Positions 40,235 to 49,924 are shown, numbered from the stretch's first letter. The stretch: 64,000 nt of DNA from an uncultured Bacteroidales bacterium (GCA_937914945.1 CALGJF010000009.1:139483-203482); one strand, 5' to 3'. Numbers and translations are program-made. Notes: generated from the sequence alone by a model not told the origin.

Positions 40235-40241
40235 AAGGAGG
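40235..40241 (+). promoter_or_regulatory. Shine-Dalgarno-like AAGGAGG
   Basis: A perfect SD core 4 nt before the ATG at 40246. I saw no comparable SD before the other genes in the window. Confidence 0.4.
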
Positions 40242-40245
40242 ATAT

Positions 40246-40835
40246 ATGGAGGTGAAATTATTAAGGGTTGAAAAATTCAGCAACAAGAATTTCTTTATAG
40301 AAATAGAACTATACGAGCACAATCTTGCAAAGGGGCGATGCGAAGTTAAGCGCGAGGGCAAGAGAAGGCAGAAAAATTGGTGGAAATCTCCTATAACTTC
40401 TCCGTTACTCTATTTCCCATCGTATCTTTGGATAAGCATTGCAGAATGGGAGGAGTTTTATGAGAAATTCAGACACGATAAAACGGCAAGGCGATGGGTG
40501 CGCAGGGTTATGCGGCATTCCTTCGATGGTTTCCTGAGCCCCGATGGGCGCATAGACCACACGAAATTTGCCATTGAAAATGACAGGCGGGAACACAAGA
40601 GCCGTGAGTATTACAGGATGAACAAAGAGCAACTGCTGCTTATGAAAAAACTCTTGCCAGGCTTTTCCGTTGCCAATTTATTATTGCAACACACTCCCCT
40701 TTCCTGCTCTCAATTCCCGGTGCAAAAATCTACAACTTGGACTCCTTGCCAATACGCACAGACAAATGGTATAATTTGGAGAATGTTCGCAGTTATTACC
40801 AACTATTCAAAGAGAACGAACGATTCTTTCAATAA
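40246..40835 (+). pseudogene. frameshifted remnant of an AAA/ABC-type (COG3910-like) ATPase
   Basis: Frame 3 from 40608 to 40835 reads VLQDEQ...QFIIATHSPFLLSIPGAKIYNLD...ENVRSYYQLFKENERFFQ*, which is Walker B plus the H-loop THSP motif. The upstream part (MEVKLLRVEKF...FDGFL) is in frame 1. No intact GxxxxGK[ST] exists in any frame. Confidence 0.45.
40472..40535 (+). repeat. 64-bp direct repeat, copy 2
   Basis: Inside the ATPase remnant. Mismatches to copy 1 at 40500, 40505 and 40519. Confidence 0.95.
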
Positions 40836-40874
40836 GATACACGGCGCAGAATCAACATGAAACTCCATTCATCA

Positions 40875-40918
40875 TAAACCAATCGGGCAGCACTATCTCG
40901 TGCTGCCCGATTGGTTTA
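40875..40918. terminator. hairpin between ATPase remnant and asmA (convergent)
   Basis: 19-bp stem TAAACCAATCGGGCAGCAC / GTGCTGCCCGATTGGTTTA. Confidence 0.65.
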
Positions 40919-40938
40919 TAACTTGCAATTAAGTTTTC

Positions 40939-43479
40939 TTATTTCTTTTTCTTGAACAAATCCAGCGCACCGTTAATGAGTTTGTTTGCAACCTCCTCCT
41001 TGGTGGGCTTGGCAGTTGCGGTGGAGTCGCTCCCCTCCCCTGCGGCGTTCTCTTTTGAGCTGCCGCCAAGCAGTTTGTTGAGTGCCTCTTCGGCTGCGCC
41101 GGCCGCCGCCTTCTTGGCAAGCGAGGCCATGTCTATGCTCACTTTGGGCGATGTGAATGTGCCCTTGATATTCATATCCACGGTGCCGAGCTTGGATAGC
41201 TTGCCCACGGATGTGGGGATGGTTATCTCGCCCTTGTAGTCGATTGTTTGGTCAAGGCCTGTGCTGCCCGAGAGGTTCATCTTGTAATCGCCAAGTTTAA
41301 TATCAAATGGCTTGGTATTTACACGGCCGTCTTTAATAGTAAATTCAATATTTATATCTTTAACCTTTGTATCTTTCAACGAGGGCTTTTTAACAATATC
41401 GGCCACGGCTTGTATCACGTCCACGTTGTTAAGGCTTAAATCCTTTGTGGATAGTGCACCGCTACCGGTGAGTGTGGAAAGTACGGGGCTCATTGTATCG
41501 TCGAGTTTTGTATCGATATTTATGTTACCCGAGAAATCGCCTGTGAGCCCGCTGAAGATAGGTGCAAGGCTGCGTATCACATTAAGTTCCTCGTAAGCCT
41601 GTGCAAAGCCTATGTTGCTCAGTTTGAAGCCTCCGTTGAATTGCGGCTCGGCAGCAGCGGGTGTATGGTAGTAGCCGTTTACAACCACATCGCCACCCAT
41701 TGTATTGAGCGAGAGGTTCTGCATATCCACCTTGCTGTTTTTAACCACAAGCTGGCCGTTTACGTTATTTAATCTCATATTATCGAAAATCACCTCTTTG
41801 AATGTCGCCTGCATGCGGAAATCTATATTATCGGGTACCTTTATAACGCCTGTTGCCACCGTGTCGGCAGCTGCTGTCTCCTCGGCGGGAGCAACAGCGG
41901 TGGTGTCGGCCGGTGTCATAAAGTCGTTCAAGTTAAAGTGGTTGCTCTTTACGTTGAGGGTGCCTTTCAGCGTGCCGTCTTTCAGGGCATATGCCATGTA
42001 GTTCTCGAAGCGGCTATCCACGGTAACATCGTTATCGCCAATCTTCACAGTTGTTTCGCTCAACTGCAAGTAACGGGGTGTGAATGTGAGCAAGGATTTC
42101 TTAATATCCACATTGGGCATATCCTCCATGGTGAGAATCATATCATTAAGGCGCACACTACCCTCGGCCTTTATGTTTTCGTACTGCTCCTTCTCTATGT
42201 GCGACATGCGGCCATTTACAGCGAGGTCGGCATTCACCACTCCATTCAACTGCATATCCTCCAAGGGATAAATATCCTTTATCTTGCCCAAATCGAGTTT
42301 TCCTTTTGCTGTGGCATTGAAGGCGAGGTCGCTCATGGGAGTGCGCATGGTAGCAGTTACGCTGAACGGATTACCCGCCATAACAAAATTGAAAGGATTG
42401 ATGTTTATCTGTGTGTTATCGGGTGAGCCACCGGGATTATTAACCTTTGCAGCGATATTGATATTATTCACACCTGCGGGGAGCGATGGATATTGGAACA
42501 TGGCGTTTTCCACATCGAATGCAACATCGAATGCCGGCACAATGCTGTCGCCCTGCATGCTACCCTTGGCCCACGCTGTGAGCGTGGCGTTTCCATCGGT
42601 TTTCAGCCCCTCAAAATCTTTTGAATATATAGCGGGTATGAGCGACAAAGCCTCCTTGAAACCAATCTTGTTGCTGTTCAGTTTCAAATCCATATCCATG
42701 CCGTTCTCGGTCATGGCCACCCATCCGTCGATGGCAGCCTCAATGGCATTTAAGCGAAAAGTGTTCTCATTAAGAGTGAATTTGCTGTTTTCAAGGTCGG
42801 CATCAATCTTCATATCAGCCGCAATAGCGGCCTTGCTCAAGAATGGGACACCATCCATGGCAAATGTAACTCCGTCGGTTTCGGCATCGAGCGAGAGGAT
42901 TGTGCGGCTGCTGCCGAAATCGCCCGAGCAAGTTGCATCAAGCCCCTGTACCTCGGCATACATATTGCCCTGCTTGTCGTCGTAAATAAGATTAAAGTCC
43001 TTTATGGCAAGTTCCTGTAATTTTATGCGGAAAGGGGCTGTGGCAGCAGAATCCTCGGCTACCGCCTCTTCTACCTCCTCGGTTGCCTTCATTATGTCCC
43101 AATTCACAGTGCCGTCGGCAAGCACAATGGCTTTAACCGATGCATCGTCTATAAGGATTTCGCGTATGTCGTAACCTTCATCGCCAAAGAGCGACATAAG
43201 ATTCACCGATGCTGTGAGCCCGCCTGCCGCCACAAGTGTATCGTTCTCAAATGCTCCCGCCCCTTTAAGGTAAAAATTTTCAAGTGTAACTGAGGCAAGT
43301 GGGAAATTACGTATGAGGCTTATGTCGAGGTTTTCAAAATCGAACTCGGCATTAAGCATCTTGTTGCCCTCTTCTTTTACAAGTGCCTCTATTTTGTCTG
43401 TAAACAAAAGAGGCAGCGATACGAGCAACAGAAGAATAACTGCTATTACAGCGGCTGTAATTTTCAAAAATTTCTTCAT
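40939..43479 (-). CDS. AsmA-family outer-membrane assembly protein
   Basis: 846 aa with an N-terminal TM anchor and a long beta-rich repetitive body typical of AsmA-like proteins. Confidence 0.65.
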   Translation of the reverse strand: MKKFLKITAAVIAVILLLLVSLPLLFTDKIEALVKEEGNKMLNAEFDFENLDISLIRNFPLASVTLENFYLKGAGAFENDTLVAAGGLTASVNLMSLFGDEGYDIREILIDDASVKAIVLADGTVNWDIMKATEEVEEAVAEDSAATAPFRIKLQELAIKDFNLIYDDKQGNMYAEVQGLDATCSGDFGSSRTILSLDAETDGVTFAMDGVPFLSKAAIAADMKIDADLENSKFTLNENTFRLNAIEAAIDGWVAMTENGMDMDLKLNSNKIGFKEALSLIPAIYSKDFEGLKTDGNATLTAWAKGSMQGDSIVPAFDVAFDVENAMFQYPSLPAGVNNINIAAKVNNPGGSPDNTQININPFNFVMAGNPFSVTATMRTPMSDLAFNATAKGKLDLGKIKDIYPLEDMQLNGVVNADLAVNGRMSHIEKEQYENIKAEGSVRLNDMILTMEDMPNVDIKKSLLTFTPRYLQLSETTVKIGDNDVTVDSRFENYMAYALKDGTLKGTLNVKSNHFNLNDFMTPADTTAVAPAEETAAADTVATGVIKVPDNIDFRMQATFKEVIFDNMRLNNVNGQLVVKNSKVDMQNLSLNTMGGDVVVNGYYHTPAAAEPQFNGGFKLSNIGFAQAYEELNVIRSLAPIFSGLTGDFSGNINIDTKLDDTMSPVLSTLTGSGALSTKDLSLNNVDVIQAVADIVKKPSLKDTKVKDINIEFTIKDGRVNTKPFDIKLGDYKMNLSGSTGLDQTIDYKGEITIPTSVGKLSKLGTVDMNIKGTFTSPKVSIDMASLAKKAAAGAAEEALNKLLGGSSKENAAGEGSDSTATAKPTKEEVANKLINGALDLFKKKK

Positions 43480-43527
43480 TGTTACGTTTTAATAAAATTG
43501 TTGGTCTTTATCACTATTGTTATCGGT

Positions 43528-43560
43528 TCGCCTTTCGTGTTGCTGCAACACGAAAGGCGA
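43528..43560 (-). terminator. hairpin after GH20 gene
   Basis: 15-bp stem TCGCCTTTCGTGTTG / CAACACGAAAGGCGA. There is no clear U-tail. Confidence 0.4.
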
Positions 43561-43629
43561 GTCAAAGAGATTGGAAATAGACAAAGCTATTGCCGTGTCG
43601 GACACAAAAGTGTAGAGTTCTGAAACTCT

Positions 43630-45261
43630 TTACTTAAAGATGTGCTTTCCGTAATCCACACCTTTCAGATTGTAGTAATGCGCCTCGCCCTGCATACGCT
43701 CCACAAACGAGTCGTAAGTGCGTAGCTTTTGGGGAGTCCATCCTGCTTCGGCCACAGCTGCCAAGCGTGGGAAAGTAAGGTACTGCACCACCGAAGGCTC
43801 CTCCACCCACTCGGTCCAGAAGTTGGCCTGCACGCCAAGATAGCGCGATTGCAACTCGGCAGGGATATTATTCATAGGCTTGTAGTTATATACACGCTCC
43901 ACGGTTTCGTCGCCATGGCCCTGCGAGCGTGGCTCGCTCTCCAATTTCGATTGACGACGATTGATGTAATAAGGTATCTGTGGCGAGAGAATTGTGCTCA
44001 TTCCGCGTGTAGCGGCATCCTTGGCTGCACCGTCGGCACCTATCCATGCCATAATTGTAATATCGTTGCCAAGCGGGGCGGTATTTCCGTGCAGCACCTC
44101 GTTCCAGAAGATAAGTTTGCGCTGTTTGCATGCGGGTTTTGCAGCCACATAATCCTTCAACTGCTTGTAAAAATGTATTTGCAAATCGCGATATTTTTCG
44201 CTGCCAATCTCTTTTAGCAACGCTTGACACTCGCTGTTGCGCTCCCATTTTGTTGTGGGGCACTCGTCGCCGCCCAAGTGAATGTATCCGAAGGGGAAGA
44301 TCTCTGTGAGCTCATCGATAACATCCTTGGCAAACTGCACGGCAAGAGGGTTGGCTACGTTAATCACATCGTTCGACACGCCCTGCCACAACCACACTTC
44401 GTGGTTATTTTCGGGGTCGCAGGCAAGGAACTCGGGATATGATGCAACTGCTGCTTGCGAGTGTCCGGGAATATCAACCTCGGGTACAATCTCAATGAAT
44501 CGTTCGCGGGCGTATTCTACGACCTCCTTGGCATCCTTTTTTGTGTAGTAACCACCATACAAAATACCATCGGGTTTAACATCGCCCCAGCCAAGTACCT
44601 TGCTGGCACGCCATGCGCCCACTTCGGTGAGCTTGGGATATTTCTTTATCTCTATGCGCCAACCTTGGTCTTCGGTAAGATGCCAATGGAAACGGTTCAT
44701 CTTGTAGGCGGCCATAACATCTATAATTTTCTTTATCTCTTCCTTACCATAAAAATGGCGGCCCTCGTCGAGCATGAACCCGCGCCAGCCAAAGCGAGGC
44801 TCGTCTTTAATATCTATGCAAGGAACGCTCCATTCGGTTATATCCTTGCAGGGTACTGCAGCCATCACATTGCGAGGCATCAACTGTTTCAAAGTTTGCA
44901 AGGCATAGAAGAGGCCTGCGGGCTTTGAAACAGAAATCTTTATACCATCCTGCTCCACTTTAAGTGTATAGCCCTCGGGAGCGAGCGAAGCATCAAGCGA
45001 CACAACTATTTGCGCATTGGTGCTTTTTTTTGTAGTTTTCACTGCAATGTTTGTTGCTTTTTTGAAATCGCGGGCAAAATTCTTGAACACCGCAACAAGG
45101 CTGTCGCCCTCGTATGCGGGCACTGTTGCTCTTATCTTTTTAGGAAATGTGAAACTACCCTCGCCCACCGTCATCTGTGCCGGTTGGGGAATAATTGATA
45201 TATTGCCTGCAAACAGTGTTGTGGCAACAAGGCATAAAAGCGATAATACAATCTTCTTCAT
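43630..45261 (-). CDS. GH20 beta-N-acetylhexosaminidase
   Basis: Signal peptide, RGFMLDEGRHF and the catalytic IHLGGDE motif. Confidence 0.88.
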   Translation of the reverse strand: MKKIVLSLLCLVATTLFAGNISIIPQPAQMTVGEGSFTFPKKIRATVPAYEGDSLVAVFKNFARDFKKATNIAVKTTKKSTNAQIVVSLDASLAPEGYTLKVEQDGIKISVSKPAGLFYALQTLKQLMPRNVMAAVPCKDITEWSVPCIDIKDEPRFGWRGFMLDEGRHFYGKEEIKKIIDVMAAYKMNRFHWHLTEDQGWRIEIKKYPKLTEVGAWRASKVLGWGDVKPDGILYGGYYTKKDAKEVVEYARERFIEIVPEVDIPGHSQAAVASYPEFLACDPENNHEVWLWQGVSNDVINVANPLAVQFAKDVIDELTEIFPFGYIHLGGDECPTTKWERNSECQALLKEIGSEKYRDLQIHFYKQLKDYVAAKPACKQRKLIFWNEVLHGNTAPLGNDITIMAWIGADGAAKDAATRGMSTILSPQIPYYINRRQSKLESEPRSQGHGDETVERVYNYKPMNNIPAELQSRYLGVQANFWTEWVEEPSVVQYLTFPRLAAVAEAGWTPQKLRTYDSFVERMQGEAHYYNLKGVDYGKHIFK

Positions 45262-45268
45262 AATTATT

Positions 45269-45964
45269 TTATTTATTATTAGACATTACTGCAGCTATTG
45301 ACAATAGCACGCCAAGCACAATGCTTAGCGATGCGGCAAAAAGCACCTGATAGGCTGCCGGCAACATGAATGTGATGGTGTGTGCCGGAATCCAGAAGAG
45401 AGGGATTGTGCGTTTGAATACAAAGCCCCACTGTACCTTCCAATTGAGCGATGCAATTATATCGCCAAATTTAATGGGGGTAACAAGCGATGCCAGCTTA
45501 CCTCCACAGTTTAATATATGGGTATCGGTAATCTTGTGCAATGTCATGAACATTGGTGCAAAGAAACAGTTCATTGCGGTGGAGATACAGAGTGCATCAA
45601 CGAACTTTGCCCAGCTTATTGGAGCGCGCATTGCATCTACCATACCTGCAAGACCGCAACTTTCGAGCATAACGGGGACACCGGTGGAAAATATCTTCAT
45701 GGCAACGGCAATCATCACACCGAGGACTCCCCACACAATGGCACGCGACATAATGCCATAGCCTTTATACATATATACCCCTTGCTTGATTCTCAAACCA
45801 AGCATCTCGCCTATTGATGAGAGTATCATAAATTTAACAAAAGCCATAACATAGGGGTGTGCGGCATTGTACTCTTTGTAGTAACCAAACAGTGTGTTGC
45901 TCACAAAGAATGGAACAAGCAAGGCTGCCACGCATATTATAAATAGAATATCAGACTTTTTCAT
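45269..45964 (-). CDS. polytopic membrane protein, possibly Mpv17/PMP22-like
   Basis: 231 aa with about 6 TM helices. The C-terminal FWIPAHTITFMLPAAYQVLF resembles the Mpv17/PMP22 W-P..Q..NF..VP motif. Tentative. Confidence 0.5.
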   Translation of the reverse strand: MKKSDILFIICVAALLVPFFVSNTLFGYYKEYNAAHPYVMAFVKFMILSSIGEMLGLRIKQGVYMYKGYGIMSRAIVWGVLGVMIAVAMKIFSTGVPVMLESCGLAGMVDAMRAPISWAKFVDALCISTAMNCFFAPMFMTLHKITDTHILNCGGKLASLVTPIKFGDIIASLNWKVQWGFVFKRTIPLFWIPAHTITFMLPAAYQVLFAASLSIVLGVLLSIAAVMSNNK

Positions 45965-45973
45965 AATCTATAT

Positions 45974-47281
45974 TTAGCTGTGGTTTTTGTTAAACAGTGC
46001 CAAACGCTCATCAAGCATGGCATAGTGGTGTGGCTTAATATTTGACGAGCAGGCGCGTATTCCCTTGCGTGTGCCACCGGTTGTCGATAGGTCTATGCCG
46101 CTCACTCCATAATAGAGCAATTCTTTCAAAAGCTCGGCACCGTCCATATCTTTATAACCCATTGTAAAGAAGAAACCGTCGCTCACAGGCTTGTCGTCGT
46201 CTTTGTCGTAGACCACATTAAAGCCGTTACGTTCCAAAATCTCTTTGAGGCGTGCAGTGCGTGTGGCATACTCCTTTATATCGCCCACAAAATCATACTC
46301 GCCGTCGCAAGCTGCTTTGAGCATGGCTGCCATGGCATATTGCGCCGAATGCGAAACGCCCGACGAGAAGGTATAAAGGAATACGTAGGCGTATGCAGCG
46401 CCAAAGCGTGCTATGCCATAACGTTCTCTCAGGCTGTCGTAGTGTCGTTCAAAAAGTTTATCAGAAATACAAGCCATGGCAATACGCTGCCCTGCATAAC
46501 TGAAAATCTTGGAGGCACTCATGAGCATAACATAGTTATCGGTGTATTTCGACACGCTGGGCTGGAACGGAGCCTCAAACGGGCGACTCATATCCTTGCG
46601 GAAGTCCATTGTCATGTATGCAAGGTCCTCAATAACCACCACATCGTGCTTTGTGGCAAGGCGGCCTATTATCTCCAGCTCCTCGTCGTTAAGACACATC
46701 CATGTGGGGTTGTTGGGGCTTGAATAGAGAACGGCACAGATGTTGCCTTGTGCAAAATAGCTCTCCAATTTGTCCTCAAGTTTTTTACCGCGATAATCGG
46801 CAATATCGAACGAGGCTATCTTCACGCCTATTACATTGGCCTGCATCTTCTGCACGGGAAAGCCCGGGTCTATGTATAGCACGGTATCCTTTTGCGGCGA
46901 TAATTGCGATGCAAGCATAAGCGCAGCGAAGGATGCCTGCATTGAGCCCACGGTGGGGATGCAGCCTTGCGGGTTTATATCGGTATCGATAAAGGCTTTT
47001 ACAAAGCGCGAAGCCTGCTCCTTCACTTCGGGGATACCATCAATAATGGGATATACCGATGCAACACCGCGTTGCAATGCATCGCACTCGGCCTTAACGC
47101 CTATTGCCGATGGGGGCAGCCCCGGCACGCCCATCTCAAAATGAATGAACTCGGAACCTGTGGCAGCTTCGGCGGCACGCACCACCGCACCTACTTGACG
47201 AATTGAGGCTTTCTTTACATCGGTAATCTCGAGTTCTTTCATTATGCCGTCGATAACAGACGGCTCTATTACGGTTTTCAT
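45974..47281 (-). CDS. class I/II PLP-dependent aminotransferase
   Basis: 435 aa. SSPNNPT and SASKIFSYAGQRIA (PLP lysine). Confidence 0.8.
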   Translation of the reverse strand: MKTVIEPSVIDGIMKELEITDVKKASIRQVGAVVRAAEAATGSEFIHFEMGVPGLPPSAIGVKAECDALQRGVASVYPIIDGIPEVKEQASRFVKAFIDTDINPQGCIPTVGSMQASFAALMLASQLSPQKDTVLYIDPGFPVQKMQANVIGVKIASFDIADYRGKKLEDKLESYFAQGNICAVLYSSPNNPTWMCLNDEELEIIGRLATKHDVVVIEDLAYMTMDFRKDMSRPFEAPFQPSVSKYTDNYVMLMSASKIFSYAGQRIAMACISDKLFERHYDSLRERYGIARFGAAYAYVFLYTFSSGVSHSAQYAMAAMLKAACDGEYDFVGDIKEYATRTARLKEILERNGFNVVYDKDDDKPVSDGFFFTMGYKDMDGAELLKELLYYGVSGIDLSTTGGTRKGIRACSSNIKPHHYAMLDERLALFNKNHS

Positions 47282-47308
47282 TGTAATATCATTTTATAAA
47301 AACAGAAA

Positions 47309-47342
47309 GGGTTGTACCGCTGCATGAGCAGCAGTACAACCC
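47309..47342 (-). terminator. terminator after ettA
   Basis: GGGTTGTAC / GTACAACCC stem with a T-rich tail on the minus strand. Confidence 0.6.
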
Positions 47343-47349
47343 CACATAA

Positions 47350-49047
47350 TCAATCCTCCATTAATTTGCGATAGCGAGCTTTCTTGGGTTCTTCAATGCC
47401 CAAGCGGCGCATCTTGTTCTCCTCATAATCGGAATATGAGCCCTCGAAACAGAATACATTGCCATCGCCCTCAAATGCTATGATGTGTGTGCATATACGG
47501 TCGAGGAACCAGCGGTCGTGGCTGATAACCACCGCACAACCGGCAAAGTTCTCCAAGCCCTCCTCCAATGCGCGCAGTGTGTTTACGTCGATATCATTGG
47601 TAGGCTCATCGAGCAAGAGTACGTTACCACACTCTTTGAGAGCCATCGCAAGGTGCAGGCGGTTACGCTCACCACCCGACAGTACACCGCATTTTTTCTC
47701 TTGGTCGGCACCGGTGAAGTTAAAGCGCGACAGATATGCGCGCACATTTACCTCTTTTGTTCCAAGGCGCATGAGTTCGTTACCCTGGCTTATAACCTCA
47801 TATACCGACTTGTCGGCTACAATATCCTTGTGTGTCTGGTCCACATAGGCTATTTTAACAGTTTCGCCCACCTCAAAGGTGCCGCTATCCACGCTCTCCA
47901 AGCCCATAATCATGCGGAAAAGGGTTGTTTTACCTGCGCCGTTGGGGCCTATCACACCCACAATACCGTTGGGCGGGAGCATAAATTCAAGATCGGTAAA
48001 GAGGGTTTTTGAACCAAAAGATTTTGAAACCTTGTCGGCTACAATAACCTTGTTACCCAAACGGGGGCCGTTGGGGATAAATATCTCGAGTTTCTCCTCA
48101 CGCTCCTTTTGGTCCTCGTTAAGCATACGTTCGTATGAGTTCAAACGAGCCTTTCCCTTTGCTTGGCGAGCCTTTGGTGCCATGCGCACCCACTCGAGCT
48201 CGCGCTCCAGAGTCTTGCGGCGTTTGCTTGCACTCTTCTCCTCTTGTTCCATGCGCTTGGTCTTTTGGTCGAGCCACGAAGAGTAGTTGCCCTGCCAGGG
48301 AATTCCCTCGCCACGGTCAAGTTCAAGAATCCAGCCGGCTACATCATCAAGGAAATAACGGTCGTGGGTAACGGCAATAACGGTGCCCTCGTATTGGTTC
48401 AAATGTTGTTCGAGCCAATCGATGCTCTCGGCATCCAAGTGGTTGGTAGGCTCGTCGAGCAAGAGCACATCGGGTTTCTGCAAGAGCAGGCGGCACAGGG
48501 CTACACGGCGGCGTTCGCCACCCGAAAGATGATCTACAAGTTCATCGCCATTGGGGCAACGCAAAGCAGCCATTGCACGCTCGAGCTTGCTGTCGAGGTT
48601 CCAGGCATCGGTTGCATCTATGATATCCTGCAATTCAGCTTGGCGAGCAAAAAGAGCATTCATCTTATCTTCGTTCTCATAATATTCGGGCAAACCGAAT
48701 TTGTTGTTTATCTCCTCATACTCGTTAAGGGCATCCACTGTGGCCTGCACGCCCTCCATAACAACCTCTTTCACCGTCTTTCCATCTTGCAAATGAGGCT
48801 CCTGTGGCAAATACCCCACGGTGTATCCGGGAGACCACACTACCTCGCCCTGATATTCGTTGTCGAGGCCGGCAATAATCTTCATAAGGGTAGATTTACC
48901 CGAACCGTTCATACCTATGATACCGATTTTTGCACCATAGAAGAACGACAGATAAATGTTTTTAAGTACCTGTTTGTTATTTTGGCGAATGGTTTTATTC
49001 AACCCCACCATTGAAAAAATGATTTTTTTGTCATCAACAGTTGCCAT
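47350..49047 (-). CDS. ettA: ABC-F ATPase, energy-dependent translational throttle protein
   Basis: Two ABC cassettes (GMNGSGKST / GPNGAGKTT, LSGGERRR / LSGGERNR). About 565 aa with the EttA-type arm and linker. Confidence 0.88.
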   Translation of the reverse strand: MATVDDKKIIFSMVGLNKTIRQNNKQVLKNIYLSFFYGAKIGIIGMNGSGKSTLMKIIAGLDNEYQGEVVWSPGYTVGYLPQEPHLQDGKTVKEVVMEGVQATVDALNEYEEINNKFGLPEYYENEDKMNALFARQAELQDIIDATDAWNLDSKLERAMAALRCPNGDELVDHLSGGERRRVALCRLLLQKPDVLLLDEPTNHLDAESIDWLEQHLNQYEGTVIAVTHDRYFLDDVAGWILELDRGEGIPWQGNYSSWLDQKTKRMEQEEKSASKRRKTLERELEWVRMAPKARQAKGKARLNSYERMLNEDQKEREEKLEIFIPNGPRLGNKVIVADKVSKSFGSKTLFTDLEFMLPPNGIVGVIGPNGAGKTTLFRMIMGLESVDSGTFEVGETVKIAYVDQTHKDIVADKSVYEVISQGNELMRLGTKEVNVRAYLSRFNFTGADQEKKCGVLSGGERNRLHLAMALKECGNVLLLDEPTNDIDVNTLRALEEGLENFAGCAVVISHDRWFLDRICTHIIAFEGDGNVFCFEGSYSDYEENKMRRLGIEEPKKARYRKLMED

Positions 49048-49120
49048 AAGCTATATATTAAATTTATAATCATTTACACTCTTAAGAATCATGGAATACT
49101 CCATTTTAACAAATATTCTA

Positions 49121-49128
49121 CAAATATA
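49121..49128 (-). promoter_or_regulatory. -7 box TATATTTG for ettA
   Basis: The rc of CAAATATA, 73 nt upstream of the ATG at 49047. Confidence 0.4.
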
Positions 49129-49240
49129 CGATTTTATTTGTTACAATCATACATTATATATAATAAAAGCACAGTTTTACCTGTGCAAAATGTTTCGCTT
49201 GCGGTGCATTTATACAAAAAGCACTTTAATCAACAAACTG

Positions 49241-49924
49241 CTACCCCACACCAAGGTCGGTATTTTCGGCAAGCACCTCTATACGTTCATCATCTTTTAT
49301 TTGCGGATAGACCTCGCTCATAAACCATGCGGCAAGGGCATCGTTGCGCTTAACAGCGGTGGTATTGTTGCAAAAAAGATTTACACTGAAATATTCAAAA
49401 TATTGTTTTGCCGTTTCAATATCGGCAAGAATACGTTCGCGGCTGTCATCGGCTGTGCAGCAAAGCAGGCATACGCCTTTGAAATATTTTGCCACATCGG
49501 CAGCTGTGACATCAGCCGACACGCCCTTGTTCCACAGCTTGCGCTGCGCAGGGGAAAAACTCTCGATTCCACAACGAAACTTAACCGTGGCGGGAGCAAA
49601 TTGAGCTGCAAAATCGGCCAGACGATGGCGGTACATATAATGCGCCTCGAACCATAGCGTGTGAATACCCCTTTCGCGCACAACCTTTTTAATGAGTTCA
49701 ATGGTTGCAACATCAAGTTCGGGAGCCGACCCCGAGTTTATTATATCGAGCACGCCATACACGCCTGTTACCTGCTGCAACACGGCACGGTTTGTTTCAA
49801 AAGGGTTGTCGCTTGTATCGCTGTGATAGTCGCAAAATGCACATTTACCCCAACGGCATCCGCGACCTTGCAACAGCACAAATTCGCGGGGCATTTTTGT
49901 GTGTATGAGAGAATATCTATCCAT
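49241..49924 (-). CDS. radical SAM-like protein (Cys motif C-x4-C-x2-C)
   Basis: 227 aa. The N-terminal LLQGRGCRWGKCAFCDY. Its start overlaps the yhhQ-like stop by 8 nt. Confidence 0.65.
   Translation of the reverse strand: MDRYSLIHTKMPREFVLLQGRGCRWGKCAFCDYHSDTSDNPFETNRAVLQQVTGVYGVLDIINSGSAPELDVATIELIKKVVRERGIHTLWFEAHYMYRHRLADFAAQFAPATVKFRCGIESFSPAQRKLWNKGVSADVTAADVAKYFKGVCLLCCTADDSRERILADIETAKQYFEYFSVNLFCNNTTAVKRNDALAAWFMSEVYPQIKDDERIEVLAENTDLGVG

Noticed and set aside
39179-40535. Diversity-generating retroelement (TR/VR pair)
   Set aside because: It is not supported as a feature. No reverse transcriptase or accessory gene lies in the window, the repeat is only 64 bp, and 14 of 17 adenines are unchanged. 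I kept it only as an observation to test.
48163-49014. 283-aa plus-strand ORF
   Set aside because: It is antisense to ettA, which has two intact ABC cassettes.
49091-49657. 188-aa plus-strand ORF
   Set aside because: It is largely antisense to the radical-SAM gene and its translation is not protein-like.
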